64,000 bases of DNA from Eledone cirrhosa (taxonomy: Eukaryota), in assembly GCA_964016885.1 (NCBI GenBank), contig OZ024758.1, positions 28,644,001 through 28,708,000 of the forward strand, given 5' to 3'. Below are positions 1 to 13,227 of this stretch, piece by piece. The notes under the pieces are model-generated. The model had not been told where the DNA came from. It saw only the letters and a list, made by a program, of their open reading frames with translations, and did no database searches. The translations under genes and the position numbers were made by a program. Position 1 is the first letter of the stretch, and every line of letters begins with the position of its first letter.

Positions 1-119
1 ACTGATCCAGTGGCTAACTGCATTTTGTGGGGGGTGAGGGGGTTGCTCAAGAGTAAGTGGATGTCGGTATGGCTTTTGTATGCACTCCAGCACCTGTGAG
101 ATCTATGCAATTACTGTTC

Positions 120-322
120 TTAAACAGTTTCAAGTGTATGGCTGTGGGAAACAACATAAGTAGTAATGTAAATTCCAGATTCTGAGATGGAAGAACTGGA
201 AAGTGAGTGACTTGATGCCAATCAGTGAGATGGCCGTTTGGGAGCTGCTATCTAGGATATCTGCATGTGTAGCTGCAACACTGTACTAGATATCACTGTG
301 GGTCTCATTTGAGCTTTGTACA
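120..322 (-). mobile_element. Degenerate CR1-like LINE fragment (RT C-terminal region)
   Basis: Minus strand reads LYKAQMRPTV... and ...AATHADILD, and resembles the plus-strand relic at ~55710-55860. Confidence 0.5.
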
Positions 323-337
323 GTTATTAGTTGTGAA

Positions 338-655
338 GGCCCGTGGCTTGTGGTTAGGGAATTCGGTTCACGATCGTAGGGTTGGGAGTTCGATTGCTGG
401 TGGGGTGCTGTGTCCTTGAACAAGACACTTTATTTCACTTTGTTCAGTCCACTCAGCTGGCAAAAATGAGTTGTAACTGTAATTTAAAGGGCCAGTCTTG
501 CCACATTCTGTGTTATGCCAAATCTTCCCGAGAACTACATTAAGGGTACATGTGCTTGTGAAATGCTCAGCCACTTGCATGTTAATTTCATGAGCAGGTT
601 GTTCCATTGATCGGATCAACTGGAACACTCATTGTCATAACTGATGGAGTGCCTT
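338..655 (+). mobile_element. tRNA-derived CORE-type SINE (family C)
   Basis: A box (TGGCTTGTGG), B box (GAGTTCGATT), central TGTCCTTGAACAAGACACTT block, and a 3' region shared with the copy at 26225-26540. Confidence 0.8.
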
Positions 656-1379
656 CCATTCCAGTTGTTATGAGATCAAGTACATCATGACCATGAATTG
701 GATGGCCAGTTTTTATGATTCAGTCTTTCCTCTAACTGGTTACTTGTTTTATCTACCATGGATATGTTACCTGCCACCGAGCCAACTTCAACATTTTAGG
801 ATTTGTACCTGTCTACTGCCCCTCCAAAGTCAACCCAAGTCAGCCCACTGCTGACCTGGATGCTTGCATGTCACCCCCAGGGAATGGCCATTTGTCTGTG
901 TGTGCCACCTGCCACCAAGCCGTCTTTGAAATTTTACAAAAAGTACATAAGCTTTTTTGAAATGATTTAGATATTCACTGCCTTTATTGTAAACAAAATA
1001 ATTAAACCCTGTTTTGTTTTTGTTTTTCATCTTGATATCTTACAGACACAAACATATAGATCAGTCTTAACTTTATTGAAATTTAAATAATAACTGAAAA
1101 TAAAAAAAAGAAAGAATTTGAGTTAGAAATATTTTGGGTATTCCATAAATTACTGAAAACAGAACAAAAACAAAATTTATTTAATTAACAATGGTTTGTG
1201 AATGAATTTGGCTTTCATGATTTGAATTTTTAAGGGTTTCAGTTACAATAATAAAAACACAATCTCAAATACCATAAGACCAAATCTTGGTATTTCAAAC
1301 AATCAGAGAACTGAAAGCTTGAAAAACTGAAAATCATATTACCGAAAGATGAAAATCTCAAAAATATATTTTACGAAAA

Positions 1380-1577
1380 AATACATCATTTTGGGGAAAA
1401 TATACATTTTAGGGAAAATATATATATTTTAGGGAAAATATACATTTTAGGGAAAGTATATATTTTATGAAAAAAATACATTTTAGGGGAAAAAATACAT
1501 TTTAGGGAAAATATATATTTTAGGGAAAATTTATATATTTTAGGGAAAATTTATATATTTTAGGGAAAATATACATT
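1380..1577. repeat. Minisatellite, ~20-22-bp unit (TATACATTTTAGGGAAAA-like), about 9-10 copies
   Basis: Repeated ATTTTAGGGAAAA cores with variable TA spacers. Confidence 0.85.
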
Positions 1578-2502
1578 CTTAAAAGTAATTTACTTTTAGT
1601 TTTAGAAGGATAATTTTTATTTGAGAAACAATTTATTTAAATAATATAAATAAATGTTGAAATGATATCAAAGGTGTAATTGTAAATTCTGAAAACATAT
1701 TCTACATTTTTGTTCTTTGAATACAAACAAACTGAACACAAAAACAACAAAATGATTTTTTTTTTCATCTTATTGTCATTTGCCTTCTTTCTTTTATTGT
1801 AAAATGCCAATATTTACACTTTTGCCAGACTGATTTCGTTTCTTTCATTAACTAAGTGATTGTTTCAAATAAATCCCCTTTTTAAAAATTTAAATGTCTT
1901 TTCAGTATGTTTTTGTTACTATTTTTTCTTAAAATATATTGTTTGTAAAATTGGAGTATTCTCAGTGTGAAAGGTAGCCATAACAGCTGGATACTATTTG
2001 CATAGTAAACATTTTTGGGGGGGTTAAAATATAACCACAAATTGAACGGAGAGTGGGAGAGGGTGGGAGAAAGAGAGTCAAAGTAAGAGATGAGAAATGA
2101 GAGGGTTATAGAGAGAGAGAAGGGAAGAGGAGGAAAGGAGAAAAATGGGGACGAAAACGATGGAACGGGACATATGGAGAAAGACAAAGAGATGGAGAGA
2201 AAGACGGAGAGAATAGACTAACAAGAAAAAGGAACTTAGCATTATCGTCAGCTTCCCAACAATACTTTACAATATAATACTGTAACATGTTTAGTTTGTA
2301 ATTTTAGAATTTTCGAGTTTTTGGTGTTTTCACGATTCAGGGTTTGGCATTTGGTTTTGTGTCACTCAGAATTATGATTGGAATCCAAATTTTTTAAAGC
2401 AATTATTTCATTAATTTAAAATCCTGCTTTACATTTTATATCTCTTTTTTTTAATACAGTACAATACATACATACATTACATATATATATATATAGAGAG
2501 AG

Positions 2503-2878
2503 AGAGATTACAATAATCAAAGTTCAGTTTAAATCATTTATTTGCTCACAATTGTTTCCTCCAAACCGAGATTTGGATTCTTCGGAGCAACTATTTAGTG
2601 ATCTATAACATACTTGACCTCCTTTTCAACACAAGAGATATATAAAATATATGCACATATTGATCCACAGTGGGATGACATCCATCAAAATTTTGATGGA
2701 TGTCATCCCACTGTGGATCAATATGTGCATATGTTTTATATGTCTCTTGTGTTGAAAAGGAGGTCAAGTATGTTATAGATCACTAAATAGTTGCTCCGAA
2801 GAATCCAAATCTCGGTTTGGAGGAAACAATTGTGAGCAAATAAATGATTTAAACTGAAATTTGATTATTGTAATCTCT
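2503..2878. repeat. Near-perfect 376-bp palindrome (188-bp arms, no spacer)
   Basis: Centre TCCATCAAAA|TTTTGATGGA at 2690/2691. The arms are reverse complements with about 3 mismatches by eye. Confidence 0.95.
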
Positions 2879-5800
2879 ATATAACTGCTCTGTAAAACAG
2901 CCGATGTTATTACATTGAGCTATTTATCTTACTGGTAATAAGATAGTAATTAATGACTATCTTTCACTATTTAAGGTTTGTATAAAAAATATATTACCAT
3001 ATAAGGTTTTATTACATACATAACCATAAATAGTATCCTTAATACTATATATATATATATATATATATATAATGTATGACAGCTTTATAAAAATAAATTT
3101 TGTTAACATGTTCAACAAGCAAAATGATGTGAATTCAAAAAATATCTGACATAATAATGATCCACTTCACCATTATCATTTTCGTTATTATTACTAGATG
3201 CCTTTCATCCTTCTCACAAAGTGCTGGTTAAGTACTGTGGTTAGTATAAACAACTTTTAGATTTCTTCTAACCATTTTAATGATATGCTATTGCTGGTTT
3301 CCACTTCAGTATTGTATATGTTGTTTAGATAACCTAACTCATGCAATACAGTTTGTGTATCATATTAGCAATTCAGAGGCTTAAATCCAGGACAATTCAC
3401 ACAACATTTGATGAGTTTAAATATTCATTTGCTTTAATATCATGATGCTTTAATATACACATCGTTGCATTATTAAAATAATATTAAGTTTATATATAAA
3501 CATTTTTATATATAAACATTTTTCTATTTTATATATAATTATTTTTCTATCAAATATAATTATTTTTATATTAAACATGATTATTTGTTTCACCATTAAC
3601 TATGATGTTCAAATTACTTAGTAATACTCAGATTGGCAATTTTTAACATAAATTTTGTTGATCCAATGTATGCCTACATTAAATTTATCTTAGATTTTCA
3701 TTTCTTTGTTTAGACATTGTATAAAACAGCATCTTTTTCACATTCACTAACTCAACTTGATTATTTTATTCTGATTGAGCCAACTTAGCTATAATTCTCT
3801 TTATGGGTTCCATTGCTTCCTCTATACATTTATTTCTCAAAGTTGACCCTTCTTGGTGCATTTACTTTCTTTTTATGGCTGATAACAGAACTGACTTGCT
3901 CATTATTACAACATAAAACTTAACTATAAAATGTAGCAAGTAGTGTACTCAACACTTCACTACCCAATTTTTTGTTATATGTACTGTACAACCAACAACT
4001 TATATCCAATTAATTCCAGGTTCTCTTCACCAATCCATCAATAAAATATCATTTATTACAATAATATTACTAACATAAACTTGGAAAGCATTAAATCTGA
4101 GAAAATGCATACACATAGAACTAAAAGATAATAGTAACTAAGCAACTAAGTGGGATAATAATGACATGAATTAATAGGATTGAAGCAATAAAATGAAAAG
4201 AGAAATTAATAAAATTAATACCATATATTCAAGAATAAAAAATATAGAGATTAGTTGACATTGAAGATAATTACTATAAATCTGAAATTATGAAAAAATA
4301 AATGATAAAATAATGAATAATGTTTTTTGTTATGAACAATTTCTATATTTAGTATTGAAACAAATAGGTCATATTATTTTTAAATTTACATTTTTTCTTC
4401 TCTACTTAACTTTGATATTACAAGTCATTGACAAATGTTCACATTACAAGCAGTTTATGTTAAATCAATCACTACATTCTTCCTATAAAATACCAATTAC
4501 TCTCTAAAAATGGTTAACTCAAATAATTTAAACATATTAGATATTTTTAGAAGTAACAAAAAAAATTGTTTTAGCCACAATAAACCATTTAAAACATTTA
4601 ATTAATTTCAGTCATTAGAAATCATCTCTTAAAGTGTCTAAAAGCTTCAAATGACATATCATCATCATCATATAACCTCCATTTTCCCTGCTAGCAAGGG
4701 TTGGATAGTATTTAAGCAGAGCTACCTACCTCTTAGATGGGTGGGGTCTTTGTTTCACTTACAAAACGTTTCCACACTCTACCAAGTGTATTTGATCATG
4801 GCACTAGCAGTGGGGAGGTTTCCATGTCTTTGGCATAGCTGAAGAGACCCCCTAACCCATTGTTTGGCAGTTTTCTACAGCTGAAAGACCTTCCTATCAT
4901 CAATGTACTGGGTGCATTTATCATGTAAATCACCTACACTAGAGAAGCTGTCATGTCTTTGTTAGATTATTGATATATTTGGAGAATGGATGAATGTTTC
5001 TATTCATTGTAAATTTAACTATCCACATTGATATTTTATTAACTTTATACTTTATAATAATAGATGAATGTACTAATATAATGTTCAAATCATGAAAAAT
5101 CACAATGGCTGTGTAAATTTTGATGCATGTATTTTAAATGAAGAAACATGATTTCATGTGACTACACTGCTTGCAACATATCTGATCTTGACAAAGCATT
5201 GAACTACTCCCTATCCACTTAACTGCCAGCCAAACAGCCAAGAGAAAAGAAATAAAAAAAATTCTTGTTGAAATGATGAATTAATTGGAAATTAAAAGTA
5301 TTGATGTAGGAGGTACAACATCAGTTTTATTATAACAATTTAAAAAATTCTTTTAATCTGTTAAAAAACAAATTTAAAAATTTAAATTACATTTTAATTA
5401 TGTATTTTATTGTTGGTAAAAATCATATAAAATTACTATTATACAATAATATAACTTTTGGCGATATTTTGATAGTTGTTATTCAAAAGATGCCTTTGCC
5501 AATAATTTGATTATGAAATTTTGACAAACAATTTATTCTATGGTAAATTTATAGAAGTAATTTTTTCAAGCTGAATATTATTTTTATGTTTTGACACTTG
5601 AGTCCAGCCGTTTATAATCATGAGGAAATAAAGCAATTTTACTAGCATTAAATATCAATAATGCTTATTGTTAGATAAAATATATCATACACATGATGAG
5701 AATTGAGCCTTAACAATTGGTAAATTGTGACTAGCTCAGTTGTAATGAACAGTAAGGCACTGAAGAAACTAAAGGGTCAGTGTTTCTTTTACTGTTACTG

Positions 5801-6600
5801 GCACTGTGTTATGCCTTTGAAATAGATACTACAGTTTTTATGGCCCTGTTCACCAAGTTGTCAATCAGTACTATGTGCTATCACTTTTATAAGCATCAAG
5901 AATATGCTATAAAATAAATGAGTCCTTCATTAGCTTGCTGATGAATTCAGCTTGTCCTATGGGCATAGCAACAAACAAATTAATAACTTGTCATTTTTAA
6001 TAATATGGTGTGGGATTATGACATAACTCAGCAAATACGGTGATAATTATGAAACCAATATCACACTAACATAGCATCTGCTAATTAGTAGATGAGTGAG
6101 CGCAACAAAATAACATTCATTATCATATTGATCAGACAGTAAAGTGTTAACATTATAAAACCAAACATGAAACATGGTAAACTGTATAAATTCCTTACCA
6201 CCTTTTGTAACTATCTGTGGTGCTTAGATTAAAAAAGCAGTATTCTATACAGCCCTATGTTATGTTATTGTTATAGATTGTTGATTATTATTATTTAACC
6301 CCAGGTCAGCAATGATCAAACAGACATATTAACAAAGGCACTCCATCTATGACCACCCTGTCTTCTCTTCAAGTAGTCCATCAAGACATTCTTCAAGAGT
6401 TCACAGCTCCAAAAATTAGCTGCTCTTACTGAATTTCATATAAAATTGTGAACGTGAAGAATCATAACTCAATTGAGTGCCCTATAATCTCTACATGGCT
6501 CCAATCTCTGGACCCCTTCAGAATTAATAGAAGGGGACTGGTGTAGGACCAACAAAACTCGTGGTCCCAAAATAATAAACTGAGCTTCTATTTGAGCAAA

Positions 6601-8078
6601 TCATCATCATCATCATCATCAACGTTTAACGTCCGTGTTCCATGCTTGCATGGGTTTGGACGGGGGTAGTCCCACTTGAGGCAAGAGTGATTGTCTTGCT
6701 CGCATAGGACTGTCTGGCAGGTTTTCTACAGTTGGATGCCCTTCCTAACACCAACCACATTTACAGTGTGGGTCTGGGAGGTTTTTACCGTGTTGCCTAC
6801 ACGGCCACATTACAGCGTGGACTGTGTTTTTTTATCATGACACCTACACGATCTCATTTGTTTCGGCCTGGATGGCGCGGCACCAACATAACTTTACATA
6901 GAACGGGGTGGTGTGGATGAGGTGGGGTGGGGGTGGTGGGACGGGGTGTATTTTGTTAGAGATGCCTACTGGCTGGAGTAGGTTTTACTATATATTTAGG
7001 TAAGGCGGGTCTTCTCTGTTACTGAGTACCGCCAAAGGTCTCGGTCTAGTGACATTGTCTTGGAGAGGTGTAAGTGTGTGATGTCGGAGTTTATCAGCTC
7101 GTCCCAGGTTTTTCTAGGTCTGCCTATTCCGTGACTACCGTCTATCTTTATTGCCCTGCACTTTGTTATACAGCTATCGACTTTCATGCGCATCACGTGT
7201 CCATACAAACGTAGCCTTCTCTCGAGTAAACAACATCTGATCCCTCTTATCTCTAATTTTTTCCTTAGTTCGTTTATGCTTTGCCGTTCACGTATATTAC
7301 TGTTACACATCCAGCGGAGCATGCAAGCTTCGTTCCTCTCTAGTCTGCGTATATCCTCTGCACACAATGCCCAGGTCTCACTGCCATGCAACATTGCTGT
7401 TCGTATGCAGGCATCGTACAACCTGCCTTTCATTTTTAGGGAGAACCCTTTAGCAGCTAATAGTGGTATAAGCTCTCTGAACTTTTTCCAACCAGTTCTG
7501 ACTCTAGCTACAGTACTTTCAGAGCACCCTCCCCCACTGCTGATTTTATCGCCCAGGTAACGGAAGCTGTCCACTATTTCTATAGAACCCTCTGCGCAAT
7601 TGAAAGAGCTAGTATTTTGTGGGCACTTGCTGCTACTTATTGCACCAGAACACCGGCCACATGTAAAATCTATGTTCTTAGTTAGCTTACCTGTGATCCC
7701 ACTACATCTTTTATGCACCCATACTTTGCATTTAGGACATAAAATGGAGTTTCTACCTACGCCTTTCCTACACACCGAGCACGACCATTTCCCAGAAGGG
7801 ACTGCCGCCTTGTTTTCTTTCCTACAAACTAGAACTTTGGTCTTAGCCAGGTTAATTTTAAGTCCTTTTGACTCTAGGCCGTGCTTCCATGTTTGGAATT
7901 TCTTCTCTAGCTCGGCCATTGATTCCGCTATGAGTGTCAGGTCGTCTGCGTATAGGAGTTCCCATGGGCAGCCTGTCTTGAACTCCTCTGTTATAGCCTG
8001 AAGGGCAATAATAAATAGTAGGGGGCTGAGAACAGAGCCCTGATGGACGCCAACTTTTACGCTAAACTCTTCACTATA
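6601..8078 (-). mobile_element. 5'-truncated RTE-clade LINE (RT C-terminal half, 3' UTR and (ATG)n tail)
   Basis: Open frame 6996-~8078 with GVHQGSVLSPLLF, YADD, a Cys/His cluster (CSVC...CPKC..WVHKRC...CGRC), FRYLG, LHGSETW, LYGHVMRM and GRPRKTW. The 3' UTR ends in GGACGTTAAACGTT(GAT)n. Confidence 0.93.
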
Positions 8079-8622
8079 TTTTACAAATATAAAATACAAT
8101 TGTTTAACCAATAAGGAGATCATTATAAATCAACTGCAAATACAAATATAAATTCTGAACTTGTCGGTGAAGGTGGAGAGCTGGGATTAGGAGTTGAACA
8201 TTCAGCATGCTGGTTAAATATTAAAGGTCTAACATAATGTCTCTACATAATCAAATCATCTGGGTCACCAATTTTATTAACATAATGTGCAGTGGCATTT
8301 TGCAAAATTGTTGTCAGAAAGTTAGTTATTTTTGTCAGAAAATTATGAGTCTGCATCCCCAAAAATGATAGCCACAATACACTTATGATTGTGTTTAATA
8401 ATAGTGTAACAATCAAGATTAAGAAATACAATCATAATTATGAAGCCATTATTAGACTGTTAATTAGCACTATCAGTTGCAGTTAAATGTGGAGAGCTCA
8501 GTAAAATAGCATTTACTATAATGTTGATCAGACAGTGCAGTTTTTGGTGTCAGAAAACTAAACATGGGAAGCATTGTAAACTGTGTCTAAAGTACTCCCT
8601 ACTGTAACTGTGTAATGTTTAA

Positions 8623-9170
8623 CCCTTTAGCATTTAAATGGCTTAGTGGTTAGAGCATTGGCCTTGCAATTGAAAGGTTGTGAGTTCAATTCTCAGACCG
8701 GGTGACGTGTTGTTTCCTTGAGCAAGACACTTTATTTCACATTGCTCCAGTTTACTCAGCTGTAGAAATGAGATGATAGGGACTGGGGTCCATATCATTC
8801 CACTGTAAAGTGGTCGTGAAGGTGCCACGGCAAAAAAGCACCCAGCACTCACTGTAAATGAGGTTGGTGTTAGGAAGGGCATCCAGCTGTAGAAATCAAG
8901 CCAGAATCAGTTCCCATCAAACCCTTACAAGCAGAGAAAAGCAGACGTAAAATGATGAAATGAGGATGATGATGATGATTACTCTATATTTACTATTGCA
9001 TTTTCATGGTAAAGGCTTTATCTCACATAATATCAAATCTATGAGGTTTTGAAATTATTTATTTTGAGAACAATACCTTAACATCGATATGAGTGGCCGG
9101 TTACAGTCGGTTTTAACAGAAAGAAGTAAGAGAATTCTGGCCGGAAAGAGCCAGTTTAAATGCTAAAGGG
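8623..9170. mobile_element. piggyBac-like MITE (TIR CCCTTTAGCATTTA, TTAA TSD) interrupted by a SINE
   Basis: TTAA-CCCTTTAGCATTTA ... TAAATGCTAAAGGG-TTAA. Internal sequence is shared with copies at 36755, 37928, 56049 and 57387. Confidence 0.88.
8638..8978 (+). mobile_element. SINE family A (tRNA head, CORE-like block, RTE-type 3' region, (ATG)n tail), nested in the MITE
   Basis: GGCTTAGTGGTTAGAGC A box, GAGTTCAATTC B box, CCTTGAGCAAGACACTT, GGTGTTAGGAAGGGCATCCAGCTGTAGAAA and an ATG-repeat tail. Confidence 0.9.
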
Positions 9171-9765
9171 TTAAGTCACAACAATGGATGTTAAGAATGT
9201 TTGGCTTTACAACAGATTCAAACATAAATATTTGTTATCCCTACAAGTTTTAAATTTTTACTCATTAAATTACACCCATCACAGAGCTTTTACTTTTTTT
9301 AAATTACCATTTAGCCATGGGTTGGGCAGTATATCATTATGCCACCATAACTAATTTTTATCTGTACTTCATTAAATATTATAGCAGTTGAAATATACAG
9401 AATAATTGTAAAATACTATGGTATGGACCTGTAACACCTGAGGGAGTCGTAGGGACGCCATATTGACATACAGCGTTTCTGGGCATTTTTTAAACCTGGC
9501 AGAGCCCATCTCCTCTCCAGGCCTGAATAGAGAAGATTTCTTCCAGAAATGGATAGAGAGAGTGAGAGAAAGGAAGTGAGAAAGAGATATACTGATAGCC
9601 AAAAGAAAAATCACGTCAAATACATTTTATTTCATGAACCCAGAGAAAATTAATAAAACAGCAAAACTAATATCTAACATAAAATGAGGATCAAAATATC
9701 TTTGATATCTGGAGTATTGCTGAAAATACCAAATGAAACAAATTATAAATATATACTGGAGACAC

Positions 9766-10191
9766 TGGCTTAGTGGTTAGAGCATTGGCCTTGCAATCGA
9801 AAGGTTGTGAGTTCAATTCTCAGACTGAGTGATGTGTTGTTTCCTTGAGCAAGACACTTTATTTCACATTGCTCCAGTTTACTCAGCTGTAGAAATGAGA
9901 TGATAGGACTGGGGTCCCTAATATCCCACTGCAAAGTGGTCGTGGAGGTGCCACAGCAAAAAAGCACCCAGCCCACACTGTAAAGTGGTCGTGGAGGTGC
10001 CACGGCAAAAAAGCACCCAGCCCACACTGTAAAGTGGTCGTGTCGGCGCCACGGAAAAAAAGCACCCAGCACTCACTGTAAATAAGGTTGGTGTTAGGAA
10101 GGGCATCCAGCTGTAGAAATCAAGCCAGAATCAGTTCCCGTCACACCCTTGCAAACAGGGAAAAGCGGATGTAAAATGATGATGATGATGA
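9766..10191 (+). mobile_element. SINE family A, full length, three internal 49-bp units
   Basis: Near-identical to the 8638 copy. Units start at 9927, 9976 and 10025. Confidence 0.9.
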
Positions 10192-11233
10192 TACTAAACA
10201 AATAATATACATGACAATATCTTACATTCACTTATATAAGAATTTTTCTTAGACATATTATAAATATATAAGCCAAAATCAGTTCCCGTAAGAGCTAACA
10301 TCGCCCACAATAGGGCAACCCGTCTAACCCATGCTAGCGTGGAAGAATGGACCTAAAACGGTGATGATGATTATGATATATATATCAACAGTCAATTGAC
10401 AAGATCCCAGACCTCATTTGCTTAATGAGTGGGGAGGAGCTCATCAAATCGGACCGAGAAAACAATGTTTCCATTGGTCTTTCCAATTGCTAATACTATC
10501 TGTCGGTCGCAAATCCAGACAAAAGGAGTAACGTGAAATAAAATGTCTTGCTCAAGGACCTAATGCATTGTCGGCTCTGGGAATTGAAATCACAATCTCA
10601 TGATTGCAAATCCAATTCTCTAATTACTCAGCCAAAGAGACAGAGAGATACCATGACATAAAATTTACTGAAATGTCATCACCATCATCAGCTAATAATT
10701 TTATTTTAATATGAGCAATTTAATTTTCTGGGAGTGGTATTCCACAATATGTAATATCTTTTCAACAGATGAGACAATGAATAAAGGATTTCTATAACAA
10801 TGGTATGTTTAAAAGGATATAAATATGAAGGCAATAACAAAAAACGTCTAATTTGAAACAGAACAATGAAACACTCCATAATGGAAGTTTGGCAATGAAA
10901 CTCCAATATTAGACAATTCATCAATATGATAAAGTGAAATGAATGGTAGATCCTTTGATAACAAAAATCTGAAACTGACTATATAACGAAGTAGCTCAGA
11001 ATATGAAACATAACATACCCATAACTTCATCAATTTATACAAGAGCAACAGTATTTCATTGAATATAAGAAAAAAGATTTTAGTAGTATCTTGATCAAAT
11101 GCAGTAACTTTATTCCCAATTAATGATATAGGAGTACAGAGGCTGTGCATATTGATATTCAGAAGTGTATTATGAAACTACAAAGTTTCAGAGATATTGA
11201 ATAATCAAAAACAAACATTTTAAATAGAATAAT

Positions 11234-11418
11234 TGTTTCTACATTAGGCACAAGGCCAGCAATTACCCAGTGTATTACTGGTACTTTATCTTATCGACCC
11301 CGTAAGGATGAAAGACAAAGTTAACCTCGGCGGGATTTGAACTCAGAATGGCAAGGGCTATAACTCTATGCGTCAAAGCATGGCGTCCGACCCTCTTCCA
11401 ATACTGCCAATCCACCGC
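11234..11418 (-). mobile_element. SINE family B (tRNA head plus Meta-like GCCTTTCATCCTTACGGGGTCGATAA core) with TSD
   Basis: Flanked by an 18-bp direct repeat CATTTTAAATAGAATAAT (11216-11233 and 11419-11436). B box GAGTTCAAATCC on the minus strand. Confidence 0.9.
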
Positions 11419-11579
11419 CATTTTAAATAGAATAATGTCTGCATATTAGTTGGAACATGATGAAAATAAGCAACTGTTTCCTCAGGACATAACATTCATA
11501 TGTTAAACATTATTTAACATATCACAAAACTCTACAAAACTACTATAAATAGCACTCTAATCTCACCTTACTATCTTAA

Positions 11580-11844
11580 CCTGTTGACTGCTGCATATAT
11601 TTTACACAGTACAGTTGCTGTGCTGGAGTTTTTTTCAAATAAAATGACTATTTTTTTAAAACAAACATTTATTAACAACAAATGATTGACAAATGTCACA
11701 TCAGTAAACTAGTAACCCCATCTAGCTTTGAAGTTAGGAACTTTTGGAAAAGAGTTCAAACATGTTAAGACAAGTTATTTCGTCTGTGACACTGGAATGC
11801 ATACATGTTAGGACGAGTTATCTCATCTAATGGCATTAAAGAGG
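11580..11844. mobile_element. Possible old TTAA-flanked MITE (second family)
   Basis: TTAA-CCTGTTGACTGC ... GGCATTAAAGAGG-TTAA, with degenerate TIRs. Confidence 0.35.
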
Positions 11845-13227
11845 TTAAAAAAGAAAGACAATTTGGATATTGGTGTCCTGTGATAGATTGCCCTTGACCA
11901 TAAGTCTGCTGGATCAGAGCTGACTCGGAGCTAAACAACTACTTGTTATATTATGATTATTTGTGGAGATAATTCCAGCTGTAAAGAAAAGAGTAAAGAA
12001 CTATAAAGAAAATGAAATGGGGAGTATTTGTCACTATAACAACTGAAAAGAAATATTCAATGTGAACAGGAATTGTAGAGTTATTTACTATGTTAGTCTT
12101 TCAGAACTATGCAATCTCCATGCTATTTTAAATATATTCAGAAAAATATTAATGACAAGTTATGTTTCAAAGAAACTTATACTATATTGTTATTGAGAGT
12201 GAACAGACTGTGATTTGGTGAATGACAATTAAAAACACATCTATCTGAAAGAATGAGAATATATTCAATTAATATGGTATAGGAAGTTGAAACAGGACCA
12301 GATAACAACCTAAGGGAAAACAAAGCTAACATTATTTTAGTTTACTTTGGAAAAGGTTGCTTTTTTTAATATTAATTCTTATTTGAAAGCTGATGCTTTA
12401 AAAAGCGTTGTTTTTCTATTATCAATGAAAATGTATCAGTGAAACCATAGAAATAAACCAATCACAAATATGATGTCTGAGAAAGGTAGTGTAAGATTAC
12501 TAATAATTTAGAACATGCCTTCAGTGAATTTGAATAGAACCATAGAATTTCTCAATCAGAGAATAATTCTTAGAAAATCTCAGAAAATCAATTGCATTGA
12601 ATGCATTTAAAGCTACAGTGAAAGTAACATGTATTTAAAACTGCAACTTTCGAAATTGAATCAACATGTAGGCAAACAGATTGTATACATCTGTTCATAT
12701 GTAGATTATCTGGTAGCTTAAGTATTGAAATGAACATTACTGGGATCCTGGGTTTCCAAGGTGATAAAATATATTTTCTGCCCTTGTAATTACAGCTGAA
12801 AGCACTTCACTATACTTAGTTCTTGCTTACCACTAATTTGAGATGATAGCTAGATATTAAAAAAAAGTAGGGACTGCACTGATTGTTGTAATATAGTTTC
12901 TTGATTAAGATAAAATCTATAAATTAAAACTATAAAATAACTTTAATTATTTTGATTATTTTGATTATTTTTGATTATTTTTTTCAAGATAATCTAGAAT
13001 AAACTATGTAGGAAAAAAAAAGAATAACAACGAATATTGATATTTTTATCACCATTACCATTTCAATGTATGACATGCTGACATGCATTGAACAAGTTCA
13101 CACAACAGTATATTTCCATGCATCCCAATTCTATCATGATTTATGGGAGATCCAACTTTCTTAAGTCTGATACAACTACTTAATTCCTAGTTTCCTTGGT
13201 TTACTTTTCTACCATGTAATATTAAAA

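Noticed and set aside
1380-1577. Interstitial telomeric repeat (TTAGGG)
   Set aside because: TTAGGG occurs only once per ~20-bp unit, not as tandem hexamers.
1258-2385. Large DNA transposon with degenerate subterminal repeats enclosing the 1380-1577 minisatellite
   Set aside because: The ends look loosely inverted, but I could not define TIRs or a TSD.
7186-8001. Plus-strand ORFs of 124 and 133 aa
   Set aside because: Antisense shadows of the RTE RT frame.
8638-8700. tRNA gene
   Set aside because: A/B boxes are present, but the sequence runs directly into a SINE body and is multi-copy. I see no complete cloverleaf.
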